A program made the position numbers and the translations under genes. A stretch of DNA of 64,000 nucleotides. Origin: Yuukianura sp. NJ FZ-2021 (lineage: Eukaryota). The stretch spans positions 5,270,001 through 5,334,000 of the forward strand of contig CM102285.1 of the NCBI GenBank assembly GCA_046563655.1. The letters run 5' to 3'. Positions 54,429 to 64,000 of this stretch are shown here, in pieces. The number at the start of each line of letters is the position of its first letter. Position 1 is the first letter of the stretch. The notes below the pieces were generated by a model. It searched no databases. It saw only the letters and a program-made list of their open reading frames with translations, and was not told the origin of the DNA.

Positions 54429-54890
54429 CTATTTTGATTTGTTGTAGACAATAGTCTCATAGACAGTTTCGAGATATTCGGGCTTGGTGTCTTGTCCGTC
54501 AGTAGCCTCAGTGTCTTGTGACATTTCCTCCATTTCCTGTAGGTCTTGTTTTACCTGCCATGCGTGAGGAGTCCACTTCTCGCGACAAATCCAGAATGTC
54601 CGGGAGGATGAAGTGACATATTCATTCTTCAGCGTCATGAGATGCCGTTCCGTGTCGTGTGTAATCTGCATGCGTGGCAACTCTCTCGAATCTCCGCCAT
54701 TCTCCATGTAAATCTGGAAGAGGTATCCGATGAGTTTCGGCACATCTTCAAAGTCAATGGCGGTGGCGCTCCTGTTTTGCCGTATATTGATCGCCTTGTC
54801 TTCGCCACGTTTGCTAAACCAGCACAATAATAGCTTGTCGTTCACTGGCCGAGGTCTAGTTTGCCGGCTGATAGATTTCCTTGAGGCCAT
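54429..54890 (-). CDS. Cargo gene E: 153-aa unknown protein, paralog of gene F
   Basis: Intact ATG-stop ORF; shares the AIDFEDVPKLIGYLFQIYMENGG..RELPRM block with 55239-55805. Confidence 0.7.
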   Translation of the reverse strand: MASRKSISRQTRPRPVNDKLLLCWFSKRGEDKAINIRQNRSATAIDFEDVPKLIGYLFQIYMENGGDSRELPRMQITHDTERHLMTLKNEYVTSSSRTFWICREKWTPHAWQVKQDLQEMEEMSQDTEATDGQDTKPEYLETVYETIVYNKSK

Positions 54891-55238
54891 TGTTGTTTGA
54901 AACTTAACAGCGAAAATGGCAGTATTGAGCAGAGAGTGGATGTCGATGTCCTGGTTTCCAGTTGCAGACTACAGAAGACTGCTGATGCTTCTGACCAAAT
55001 AACTTTGTATGGACCCCAATAAATTGGATCCATACGCCAAGCCCCACGCCTAAACTCATAGACAGTTGGAGAGGGTTTATTTCTTTGTCATCATATCACA
55101 TTTCATCAAAAAAAAAAAAAGACAGGACGAGAGAGTAAGGAGAAAGTTAACATTGTTTCATTCCGAGTGTACTACTAGCCTAGTGTACAATTTTACAAAT
55201 ACAATACTAGAAAAATGTAGAAATACTTTTATTGTAGT

Positions 55239-55805
55239 TTAAAAAGGAAGTCTGAATTCTAAATCTGGGTCTTCGTATACTGTAAACGTTTGATACAGGA
55301 CATTCTCTCCAAGTGCTCCTTGTCGCTTTCTTACTTGTCGCCATGCTACAGCTGGAGTGGCTGTCGTACCATTTTCCGAATCAAGTTTATAGTCGGTCGA
55401 CTCTATTGGTTCTTCTTTTATGTCCCCTTCTGGAATCGTCTTCCAGTGGTTAATGTCCATGCCATACTTGTTTCGAATCGCAAGAAGCGTGCTGTCTTTT
55501 TGGCGATAGACTTTCATTCTGGGCAGTTCCTTTACCTTTCCACCGTTTCGAAGATATACGTGAAACAGATTGGCAATGAGCCCTGGGATCGATTGAAAAT
55601 CCACCGCGGCAGTCGTATCGTGTTGTTTAATATAGACTGCTTTCAACTCCTTTGGACCCCACTTTCCCAAGAAACAATCCAAAGGTTCTGGAAACTTTGG
55701 CATTCGCTTTTTAAGTTGCTTATAAGTTGGCCATTCGAACCCTTCTGGGAATGTAATAGTGCACGGACACTGGTTAGACTTGATGCTACTAGGCGGAATT
55801 TCCAT
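55239..55805 (-). CDS. Cargo gene F: 188-aa unknown protein, paralog of gene E
   Basis: Intact ORF; AVDFQSIPGLIANLFHVYLRNGG..KELPRM block; a minus-strand AATAAA lies just after the stop. Confidence 0.7.
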   Translation of the reverse strand: MEIPPSSIKSNQCPCTITFPEGFEWPTYKQLKKRMPKFPEPLDCFLGKWGPKELKAVYIKQHDTTAAVDFQSIPGLIANLFHVYLRNGGKVKELPRMKVYRQKDSTLLAIRNKYGMDINHWKTIPEGDIKEEPIESTDYKLDSENGTTATPAVAWRQVRKRQGALGENVLYQTFTVYEDPDLEFRLPF

Positions 55806-56040
55806 TGGTTGCTATTTCCCTAAACTTTTGTCTGGAGGTTCCACACAAGGAGATGGAGAAAGGGGTAGGGTGCTTAGTTGCTAATTCTAGGGTTCTTCTG
55901 TATTCGGTAAAAATCCTGTTGCAGCCTTCCTTGGTTCTGATTTGCTGTGTATCGTCCACAAATGCCTGGTGGAATTTGTTCTTTAAGATTGGAGATAGCT
56001 GTGAAGCTGTCAAAGTAACTGACCATTTAGGCTTCATCAT
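55789..56040 (-). CDS. Cargo gene G: 83-aa ORF overlapping the start of gene F
   Basis: ATG-initiated ORF just inside the right TIR with a 17-nt overlap with the next ORF. Confidence 0.4.
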   Translation of the reverse strand: MMKPKWSVTLTASQLSPILKNKFHQAFVDDTQQIRTKEGCNRIFTEYRRTLELATKHPTPFSISLCGTSRQKFREIATNGNSA

Positions 56041-56223
56041 CTCCTTTTAAGCGTCTTGGTCGAGGTATTCAGGAATCCCATTGGATAACCAAAACTCCTC
56101 CCCACCGATTCCTATTTGTCCAAGGTGTTAACGGACATATTGTTAACGGACAAAGGATTAAACTCACTGGAAGCGTTAATTAAGAAAAGGATGTCTTAAT
56201 TAGTCTGACTTTGATAAGTCATA

Positions 56224-56394
56224 AGGATCTCACGCCAGTGGGTTTTAAACCTTATGGGTCCAAAGGTTGATTTGGCGTCAGGAAGTGTTAATTAGTCTTA
56301 ATTAATCTGACTTGTAGGATCTCACGCCTGTGGGTTTTAAACCTTATGGGTCCAAAGGTTGATTTGGCGTGAAAGTCCGTCCTATCTACCTACT
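56224..56394 (-). repeat. Right TIR with about 1.6 copies of the 92-bp unit
   Basis: Reverse complement of 46068-46238 with very few mismatches; a degenerate further unit lies at about 56168-56215. Confidence 0.92.
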
Positions 56395-57812
56395 GCTTCT
56401 TTCTCTTTTGTCAATTTTAGGAATTCACCATTAATATGGGCAAGGCGCTTATGCCATGTTACCTCTTTTATGCAGGTAAAAGCATGTTTTCTTTTTATGG
56501 GCTTGAATTTCATGATTTGAAGCCCGTCCTTCCGAACGGCTTCAAGATCCGGCTCATTGTTCCAAAAGAACGTTATGTCCCAAAATCTATTTTTAATTAC
56601 TTCAAAACCTTTTTCTAGAAGCACGTTTTCTGAAACAAGGTTTACTCCTTGGGGAATGTAATCCACGTTATGTAATTCAATTTCTTCCCATCTTCCTTGT
56701 TTAAAAGCATTGACTTTGACCGTGCCAAAGCCTTCAGCGTAACTGCATGTGTTATTTGCCATATGAATTTCTTTGGGTTTTTCATAGACTGTGAAATTTG
56801 AGAACCATTCTCGATTTCCACAGTAATGTTGATCTGCGCCAGAATCGTTTATCCATTGTTCTGCTATATCGTCGCTCTGCCATACCATGTAGGCATTTCT
56901 ATCTCTGTTTTCCCGTTTTCCCTGCTCATTGGGTTTCCAATTTGGGTCTCGTTTATAGGTCCCTGTGTGCGGGCGTATTTTTGTACCCTTGGGGATATTT
57001 TTGTATGAGACTGGAGTATTTTGATGAAAACAGTCTCTCGCCCAATGCCCCTTTCTGGCGCAAATTCTGCAAATATCATTTGACTTGTCTTTGCGGTTGT
57101 TAAATTTTCCCTCTTTACCTTCATTAGAAAAGAAGGATTTTGATGCTGACTCATCAGCTTGTTTTTCTTTAGGTTGCTCTAAATCCAAAGCTTTAAGTCG
57201 TGACAGGAGATTTCCTGTCGTTCTCCTTGAACTTTCTACCGACTTCCAAGCTTCCTTAAAATGTTTGTATTTGTTATCATCTAAACTGGTGATAGCTCTT
57301 GAAACTTCAGACTCCTCGTCTACGACGGAGCCTAATGACCTCAATTGAACCGCAAGGTTTTGGATTTCTATCATTGCCTGAAGAGCGCTTTTATCGCTGC
57401 TTGTTTTGACGTTATAGAATTTTTGCCAGAACAGTCCTTTTGACTCTCCGCTTAGATCTTGGTGAATTGTCGCCAGTTTGTTCCATGCTTCTGCAGCAGT
57501 GGAACAACTTGCAATGGAACTTAATTCTTTGTCCTTAATGCAAAGATAAATGCAACTTATTGCCTCGTTATTATGCTTGTCCCACTTGCTCTGGTCAACG
57601 CCTGCATTTGCTGGTCTTGGCGTAGTTCCATTGACTACCTTCAAAATGTCGTGTGCTCTAAACAAGCTTTCTAACCTCAGCTTCCACGTTATATAATTGT
57701 CTTCATTAAGTTTTGTAATGGAATCAGTATCGAATTTTTTGTTTAAAAAATGGTAACTTGTTACGGTCTCACCGGGCACAGCTACAGATGTTTGGTTAGA
57801 GTTGGAAGCCAT
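56395..57812 (-). CDS. gag: Copia gag, protease and first half of the integrase zinc-binding domain
   Basis: KLNEDNYITWKLRL (copia gag N-terminus), zinc knuckle CRICARKGHWARDC, protease WINDSGA, pre-integrase WHKRLAH. Confidence 0.95.
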
Positions 57813-57890
57813 GGCGTCTTCTAAGCTGGCTGAATTCTTCTAGAATGGACCCTTTTTGGTAGATCGTGAAGATCGCGTAGATCGTGTAGA

Positions 57891-57904
57891 TCGTGCTGAT
57901 AACG
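57891..57904 (-). promoter_or_regulatory. Copia primer-binding site matching the anticodon arm (5' half) of tRNA-Ile
   Basis: The minus strand reads LTR...CAACA|CGTTATCAGCACGA, complementary to tRNA-Ile UCGUGCU(I/G)AUAACG; the tRNA sequence is recalled, not searched. Confidence 0.65.
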
Positions 57905-58345
57905 TGTTGAAAGTTGATAATAAACTCAGTCGTAAATCGCAGCGTTTGGATTTTTGAGGTTTTTATTATAACAATAAACTTGTAACAGAATACGAGGCAC
58001 CACTGACTCTTTTTCCTATCTAGGTGATTTGGTATTTATATGGTTACACTAACCTGAAATTTGACATTAGTCATTGACCTAGTGTCCTTGATAAAAACGA
58101 TTTCTTACGTTATATCCTGGAGCCTACGTCAACTATGACTTTTCCTTGTCCTTGTCTATTATGTTATTGTAAACTAAATGAGGTGACTTAATTACCTACT
58201 TTATAATTAGTTTACCAAATCCTGTTTTTCTCCTTTACCTAATTTTCATTTACGTCAGTAGAGGTAGATGTCCTAATTCTAAATTCCTAATGTGACGCAT
58301 ATTCTTGTTTGTATGATTTAAATTATGCTGACCATATTTTTAACA
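57905..58345 (-). repeat. Copia 5' LTR (about 441 bp)
   Basis: TGTT...AACA termini; on the minus strand, TATAAATA near 58040 and AATAAA near 57966; abuts the PBS. The outer end cannot be confirmed because no second LTR is present. Confidence 0.7.
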
Positions 58346-60690
58346 AAAACCTTGCGGTGGAATTGAGGTGTGAGGGCTGTTCTATCTGCCCGCCAAATAA
58401 CCGCACACCACATTAGAGTTAGTATAAAATAAGTAGAAACGAACCAATAAAAAGAAGCAAGTGAAAGCGAAACAAGGATACGAGCATCACTTAACAATGG
58501 TGCCGAAAGCCTCCAAGATTTTTGAATATTTTTAGTTTTCCCAATTTAGTAGGAAAATTGTGTAATGGAATGCAAAATTCTAAAATTCCACAACAAAAAC
58601 GTCAAACACGTAGTGCTACAAAAGGAACCGGTCAACAATTAGAAGTCTCCGAAGGACTTAATTCCAGTCGAATTCGGTCAACAAATTCCAAACCGGAACG
58701 TTCACCTCAAGGGTCCATTACAGAAGAAGATCAATTTGTTGATTCCATTGACTTCCAAGACGATCCTATTTTTCCAATCAACGACTTAGAAGATAATCTA
58801 ACAACACCAGAATTGAATTTTAACATCATGTCACAATCCACATCACAACCTCCAGCCTCACAAACGTTAGTTATCAAAGGTGATAAGCGACCAACACACA
58901 AACAAAAACTTACTACCAAATCTATCAAACGCCACATTGAAAAATTCGACACTTGGGCAGATGGACTCAATTACGATGATGCTAGAAGGAAACGAGAATT
59001 TGTTAATTCATTTGAGCATGCAGCAGCAGATCAATGGTTTTCCATTTACAAGGACAAAATTACTGACACAGGGACATCATGGCGCGATTTTCAAACAAGT
59101 TTTACAGAACACTGCCCAAAGGACAAAGACGAGAAGGACCTTCTTCTGACCAATTTGCACACTCACACGCAAGATCCGGAAGAATCTTCTATTACATACG
59201 TTGTGCGAATTCGATATCTCTTTGGCGATACTTGGACTAAATACAACGAAAATGAGCTTTGTGAAGCTATAGTGAAGCAATGCAATTGCTGTCAGACGAT
59301 ACGTACAATATCGTGGTATTCCCGAGACTTATGCAGCATTACTCAACATGCTTACGGAATATGAAGGAAAGGGGATGAAGGACATCGATGCTGTTCCCAA
59401 AACATCTTCAACTATTCCAGCAAAAGTGGCTACTGTATACATCTACCGCTACAGACCCAATTGAGGAACTCACCACCGCTGTCAAAGAACTTAAAATTCA
59501 TTTCGCAGGCGTTCAATCTAACCGTGGCAGCAACTATCGGGGACGAAACAGAAGCTTTGGTGGGCGTGGCTACACCAATCATACAATCAGCAGTACAGAA
59601 ATGGATCCTTTGTACCTACTTGCTATTTCTGTGGAAAACGAGGTCATTACTCAACCAATTGTTATCAGCAACAAAACATGAGGGCATCCTTCAACTATCG
59701 ACAAAGACAACAAAGACGAGGAGCTCAAAACGGATTTAACCAGAATCAACGCAATGAATACCGCATGACGCAAAATTATGTTGATTCTCAATGGAATGAT
59801 CAGAATCATCCTGCACAACAACAAAACGCTCCTTCATATTCAACGCAACAGGGAAACATGCCACGGCGGGACTAGAGCCCGCCATCTTTAATTACCAACG
59901 ATCAAACTCAATCCAACCCAATTCATTCACTTCAATTTCTTCAAGCAATCACTCTAGTTCCAATCCTAAAATTACAATCGAAATTTGAAGTGCTCCGGTC
60001 CCCATTAGGTCAGGGTCCTCCGAAGGTCAGTTAGGGAGTGGCCCATAGTTAGTGTCGTAGAGTTAGTGTTAGTTAGTTTGTAGTTGGTTGAGATGAGAGA
60101 TGAGCTCGGAGGGAGATTTGAGAGCGAGCGTGTTCGTGTATAGTTTAGTGTGTAGTTGAGCTTTGAGCTCAGTCTGGTTTTGGTTATTGCTCGGAGAGCA
60201 TTTAGAGTTATGGTGTTTCTGCCACGAGCAGTTTATTTTGTATATATTTTATTTATCAGCGAATAAATATATGATATATATTTATTTACGCTGATCAGTG
60301 TTCACGGGAGTTCTGCAGAGGTTATTTGTCGTTTCACTGGGCATGAGTCTGCGGACTCGGATTGGAGTCTGAGAGGGTGTGGCTGCGGCCATTTCTGTGT
60401 TTTCCGTAGCGTGCGACGTTACAAATTTACAAAAACTCACTTCAAAATTCTCAAACTGGACCGAAAATTCTGGTTGCCGTTAATATTCTCAAACGACGAG
60501 TCATAGCCTTAGTGGAATGCGGAGCATCACTCACTCTCTTCAAACCGCATATTGCTCAAGAACATTACACCATTCCCAACACCTTCATTCAATTAGCACA
60601 GCTCAAGGACCCCCTCAAAGATGATGGAATCTGCTTTCTTCCAATTCAACTCGGAAAACGTCAAGTCAAGGAAAAGTCAAGCACCCGACC
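58346..60690 (+). mobile_element. Decayed Ty3/gypsy-type element: partial 5' LTR, PBS, gag, protease remnant
   Basis: LTR end TTAACA at 58496, PBS TGGTGCCGAAA (tRNA-Phe-like) at 58498, gag from ATG 58570 to about 59875 with frameshifts, zinc knuckle CYFCGKRGHYSTNC at 59621, degenerate protease ALVECGASLT near 60507. RT and IN are absent, so the superfamily is inferred. Confidence 0.75.
59986..60423 (+). mobile_element. Solo LTR inserted between the gypsy gag and protease
   Basis: TG...TTACA termini, 4-bp TSD AATT, internal AATAAA near 60262, abrupt G/T-rich composition shift. Confidence 0.7.
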
Positions 60691-60691
60691 A

Positions 60692-61620
60692 TGATTGCAG
60701 ACGACATGGACTTTGTTGCAGTTGCACAAATACTTTCACTTAGTTGTCACCATTAGTTGCAACACCTGTAAGCAGTACTTTCACTTTCACTACTACACAA
60801 GCACTAGACCAAGGTCGCACGTGTAACGTTTAGTTACCAAGCACATTTAGTTACCAAGCACATTTAGTTACCAAGCACATTTAGTTACTAAGCACACTTA
60901 GCACAAATAGAGTTCCAGTCGGAGTGGAAAAACCACACGGCCAAGCGACCACAGGGCCAAGTGGCAGAAAGCGCAACCACAGCTTGTACCGCTAATGCAG
61001 GAAAACAAAAGTTGTTAATTAGCTCCTAATTAGCACCCACCTAGCAACCTTAATTAGGCAATTAAAACACCCAGTATAAATAATACTCAGTAACGGCTTA
61101 GAAGTAAGACAGAGAGGACGGAGAGACGAGAGAGAGGGGAGAGAACTACCTACTAACTAAGCACCTCAACAATATAATAAACTCGCACCAAAGAAAGCAG
61201 AAGGTATGGAAGTTCACACTTTATTTGGTCATTCATTTTTAACCTTACACAGACACTGACGGACTCAACCACCGGAAAGGGGTCCCTAAGACCCTTGACT
61301 CCTTGGGTTACGCAAACTGACCCGGAGGGCCCTTCCAACGGTTTACGCCAGTTTAGGCGTAACAATTTGTGCATTTGCCGAGATTGGCAATTTATTTTAA
61401 AACAATAAGAGGTTCCCGCCTCTGCGGCTGTCTGCTTTTCTTTATTGCGTTGTTTATTCAAATAAGACTATTGTTACTACAATACCGCAACCTTTAATGC
61501 AGCTGTTAACGTAATTTAACGTATTGAATGAATGTAAATTATAACGTAGTCAGTAACGTAAGACAATAACGTAACTTAAAGACAATAACGTAATGTGAAG
61601 ACAATAACGTATAAACATTA
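60692..61620. repeat. LTR-like repeat-rich segment
   Basis: Four copies of 17-bp TTTAGTTACCAAGCACA (60829-60896), TATAAATA near 61076, GA-rich tract, three copies of AAGACAATAACGTA (61560-61611). Boundaries unresolved. Confidence 0.45.
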
Positions 61621-62350
61621 AATAAGTTTAGATTTAAGTACTAAGGGACTCCTAGGGCAACCACCCTGGGGTAACCAACGAACAAGTCAAGCTGATTTCT
61701 ACGAAGCTACCTACTACGTAAGTGACCGCGACCAGTGCTATTCCCCCCTGGTGACCAAGTACTCACAGGCATCGAACAGACACAATAGAGAAGGTGACCC
61801 TCGCTGAGGTGAAAGTCCTCTATTGTTGTCACACACGCTCTGCCTCAGGTCAAAGGTCACCGTATAGGGCTGTGGCTCTAGCCAAGGGTCAGAGGTTACT
61901 GTGGTAGCCATCAGTTGTGACTCATACACGGTTGGCGCTATTGTTCTCACAATCGGGGGGAGGGGTAGGAAACCCCTTCCGTCACTTCTCTTCCGACGCT
62001 ACTTTCTTCCCCAGCCAGTTGGGTAGCTGGCTGGCGTATTAACGACTTGTATAAAAGATTCACTGCTCTCCGCGCTTGGCGTAGGTGAAACCGAACGACT
62101 AGAAATATTCCGTGAAGGAACGGGTTGAGGGACGGTGTGCCGTCACCTCGGAAATGGTGTAAATTTTGACCTAACCGCTTTGAGGGTGAAGTCGCGACCA
62201 CTCGAGAGAGGCGATGACGTAGGACAGAGGTTTTTCTTCTACACCTGTCGCATACCCCGAGGAGCGAAACACAACGAGACTACAAACGAAGCAATGAAAC
62301 AAATTACCGAACCTTGGCGGTTCAACCCTGTTGCAGGATACCTGGACGGT

Positions 62351-63413
62351 ATGACTCTACGGATGCTCCTTGTACTTTGCGTCGGGACGACGCTTGTTGC
62401 AGAGGTCGCCGGGACGATGATGTGCCCATGGGCACTGGCGACACGAATTCGACGGAGTCCGGTGAACCCACACCGGTGGACCAAGAGGAACCTCACGTGG
62501 ACCCTTGGACCTACCCCATATGACATGGACCGAGAAGAAGCACTGGCGCCAGCCTGGCGTTCGTGAAGTGGCAACTTTACTCCAACTTCACCTTTACTTA
62601 CGTGGAGGGGAATGCTGATATCCCCATTACCTTCGAACACGGAATTCATGATGACGCTAGTGACGGACGTGGTGGCACACTAGCCCACGCCCACTATCCA
62701 GCATCAGTTATGGGCGGACAAATCCACCTAGACGCCAACGAGACTTGGTCTCTCGGAGAGGACGACGAACACGTCAATTTATTTTCGGTACTCCTACACG
62801 AAACGCCTTGGCCTTGCCACACACTCGTGCCATAGGATCTGTGATGACAGCCTGGTACCAGTTCTGGCCGCACGTTACCGAAACAGGAGTCCCCGACGAA
62901 GAAGCTCTGAAGGTCCTATACCCACCAGGGTTCATCGACGAAGGGCCGGATGGAGAAAATATCCGAGGCCTGAGTACACTGTGGTACGACCATGTTGGTT
63001 ATCTCAATGGGGACCACCTCCTGTTCCACGGGAAAAGTCACGTTAGAGTTACAGGAGCTGGGACACTACTTCCTACTCCAGTGCAGAATGGCGATTTCTT
63101 CGAGGACTTCCCGCCGGACCGCCGAATCAACTTCACAGTCGGCGTCACGAGTTACCTCTATGTTATGGTTGACGACCAAATCGGAGTATATTCATCAGAC
63201 GGCCACCTAATCACACCAGGACTCAAGCACCGAAGTATCTTTGGCATTACGCACCCAGTTTTGGGATACTTCCCGTCAGAACACACCCTCTGGATCAAGT
63301 TGACCACTGGATGGAGGCCGCTATACCTAGAGAAGGGCATGATACAAAATCGCCTTCGACATTGCCTTCATAATCGTGTCAAAGTTCAACGCTTTTGTCA
63401 TAGACCCTACTAA
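62351..63413 (+). pseudogene. Intronless matrix metalloproteinase (M10A/matrixin) with possible hemopexin-like tail, two frameshifts
   Basis: Signal peptide, RIRR, RWTKRNLTW, AFVKWQLYSNFTF, ADIPITF, DGRGGTLAHAHYP, GQIHLDANETWS, VNLFSVLLHE/ALALPH (7-nt deletion in the zinc motif), Met-turn SVMTAWY. Confidence 0.85.
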
Positions 63414-63939
63414 CCCGGACACGCACGAGCCGCTACAAAACTTGTACAAATCCACGGCGGTCGTTAAGTTATGTTACCGTGGAGGAAACCAACTGAAATG
63501 GATAGAGAGGGATTTTGGAGTAATCCCAATCGGAGAGATTGATATTGAAACTATACGCCTACACACCGACAGTCTGCCGTGTCACGCGTCACCGACGCAA
63601 ATTCGGAACAAGTTCCTTTCAACACTTGAGCTGCCCTTGGGATTTCCACACGCTGTTCCAAATTTGGATGTTAACGCTATGAAAACTGTGGTCGTAACAA
63701 TTGTGAAACTTTGGGGTGACATCTCCGAGCAATTACACAACCTGGACACTCTGGAAATTCAGGCCCTGATTCAGAAGATGCTTAACAGCACACACGAGCA
63801 AACTGCAGACCAGTTCCGGCTGACTCATTTCTTTACGCATGTTTCGGTACTCAACGTCAAGGATACAAGGATCCGACTAAGCCTAATTTCCGTGGCCCGG
63901 CAGCTCAATCTGACAACAACCGTATTTTGTCAGGACTAA
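63343..63939 (+). CDS. Unknown open frame (about 198 codons) overlapping the MMP 3' end; no ATG at its start
   Basis: Long stop-free frame in the same GC-richer block; no recognisable motif. Confidence 0.45.
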   Translation, partial: YKIAFDIAFIIVSKFNAFVIDPTNPDTHEPLQNLYKSTAVVKLCYRGGNQLKWIERDFGVIPIGEIDIETIRLHTDSLPCHASPTQIRNKFLSTLELPLGFPHAVPNLDVNAMKTVVVTIVKLWGDISEQLHNLDTLEIQALIQKMLNSTHEQTADQFRLTHFFTHVSVLNVKDTRIRLSLISVARQLNLTTTVFCQD

Positions 63940-64000
63940 GAGACTTGGAAAACAGAGACGGAGGCAGAATTTTTGCGAGAACTACTGCAGAAAGTCCGAA

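Larger units (their letters stand above)
46068..56394. mobile_element. 10,327-bp TIR element (Polinton-like termini, no recognisable transposase) inserted in the copia integrase
   Basis: Termini AGTAGGTAGATAGGACGGACTTTCACGCC... and its reverse complement; 5-bp TSD GCTTC (46063-46067 and 56395-56399); ~170-bp near-identical TIR. Confidence 0.92.
42095..58345 (-). mobile_element. Ty1/copia LTR retrotransposon with env-like C-terminal domain; 3' end and 3' LTR lost; interrupted by a 10.3-kb insertion
   Basis: 5' LTR, PBS, gag-PR-IN-RT-RH domain order. The reading frame is restored exactly when 46068-56394 and one TSD copy are removed (1483 codons to the TGA at 43029-43031). Confidence 0.93.

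Noticed and set aside
55290..55823. 177-aa plus-strand ORF
   Set aside because: Antisense shadow of gene F, which has independent paralog support.

Overview
Eukaryotic genomic DNA, most likely arthropod (AT-rich, many 55-120 nt GT-AG introns). The left half (1-29.5 kb) is an apparently non-coding ~18 kb stretch followed by one 9-exon host gene, the C2H2 zinc-finger transcription factor pebbled/hindsight (RREB1 family, 18625-28255, +, about 1154 aa). Small TIR transposons with intact TSDs lie upstream of the gene and in its introns. The right half (29.8-64 kb) is a nested stack of mobile elements. (i) hAT, PIF/Harbinger-like and Helentron-like non-autonomous elements. (ii) A decayed Polinton/Maverick remnant (pPolB N- and C-termini plus packaging ATPase) whose genes carry spliceosomal introns. 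(iii) A Ty1/copia LTR retrotransposon whose gag-pol frame runs directly into an envelope-like class I fusion glycoprotein (signal peptide, RGKR furin site, hydrophobic fusion peptide, heptad repeat), with a PBS matching a tRNA-Ile half-molecule. (iv) A 10,327-bp element with AG...CT termini, 92-bp-repeat TIRs and a 5-bp TSD inserted in the copia integrase; it carries only small unknown genes, several with introns. (v) Two related gypsy-type gag remnants and a solo LTR. (vi) An intronless, disrupted matrix metalloproteinase gene that looks viral or mobile-element borne. The best candidates for something undescribed are the env-bearing animal copia element, the 10.3-kb TIR cargo element and the intron-containing Polinton genes. 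All family assignments come from motif recognition by eye; no database searches were run.
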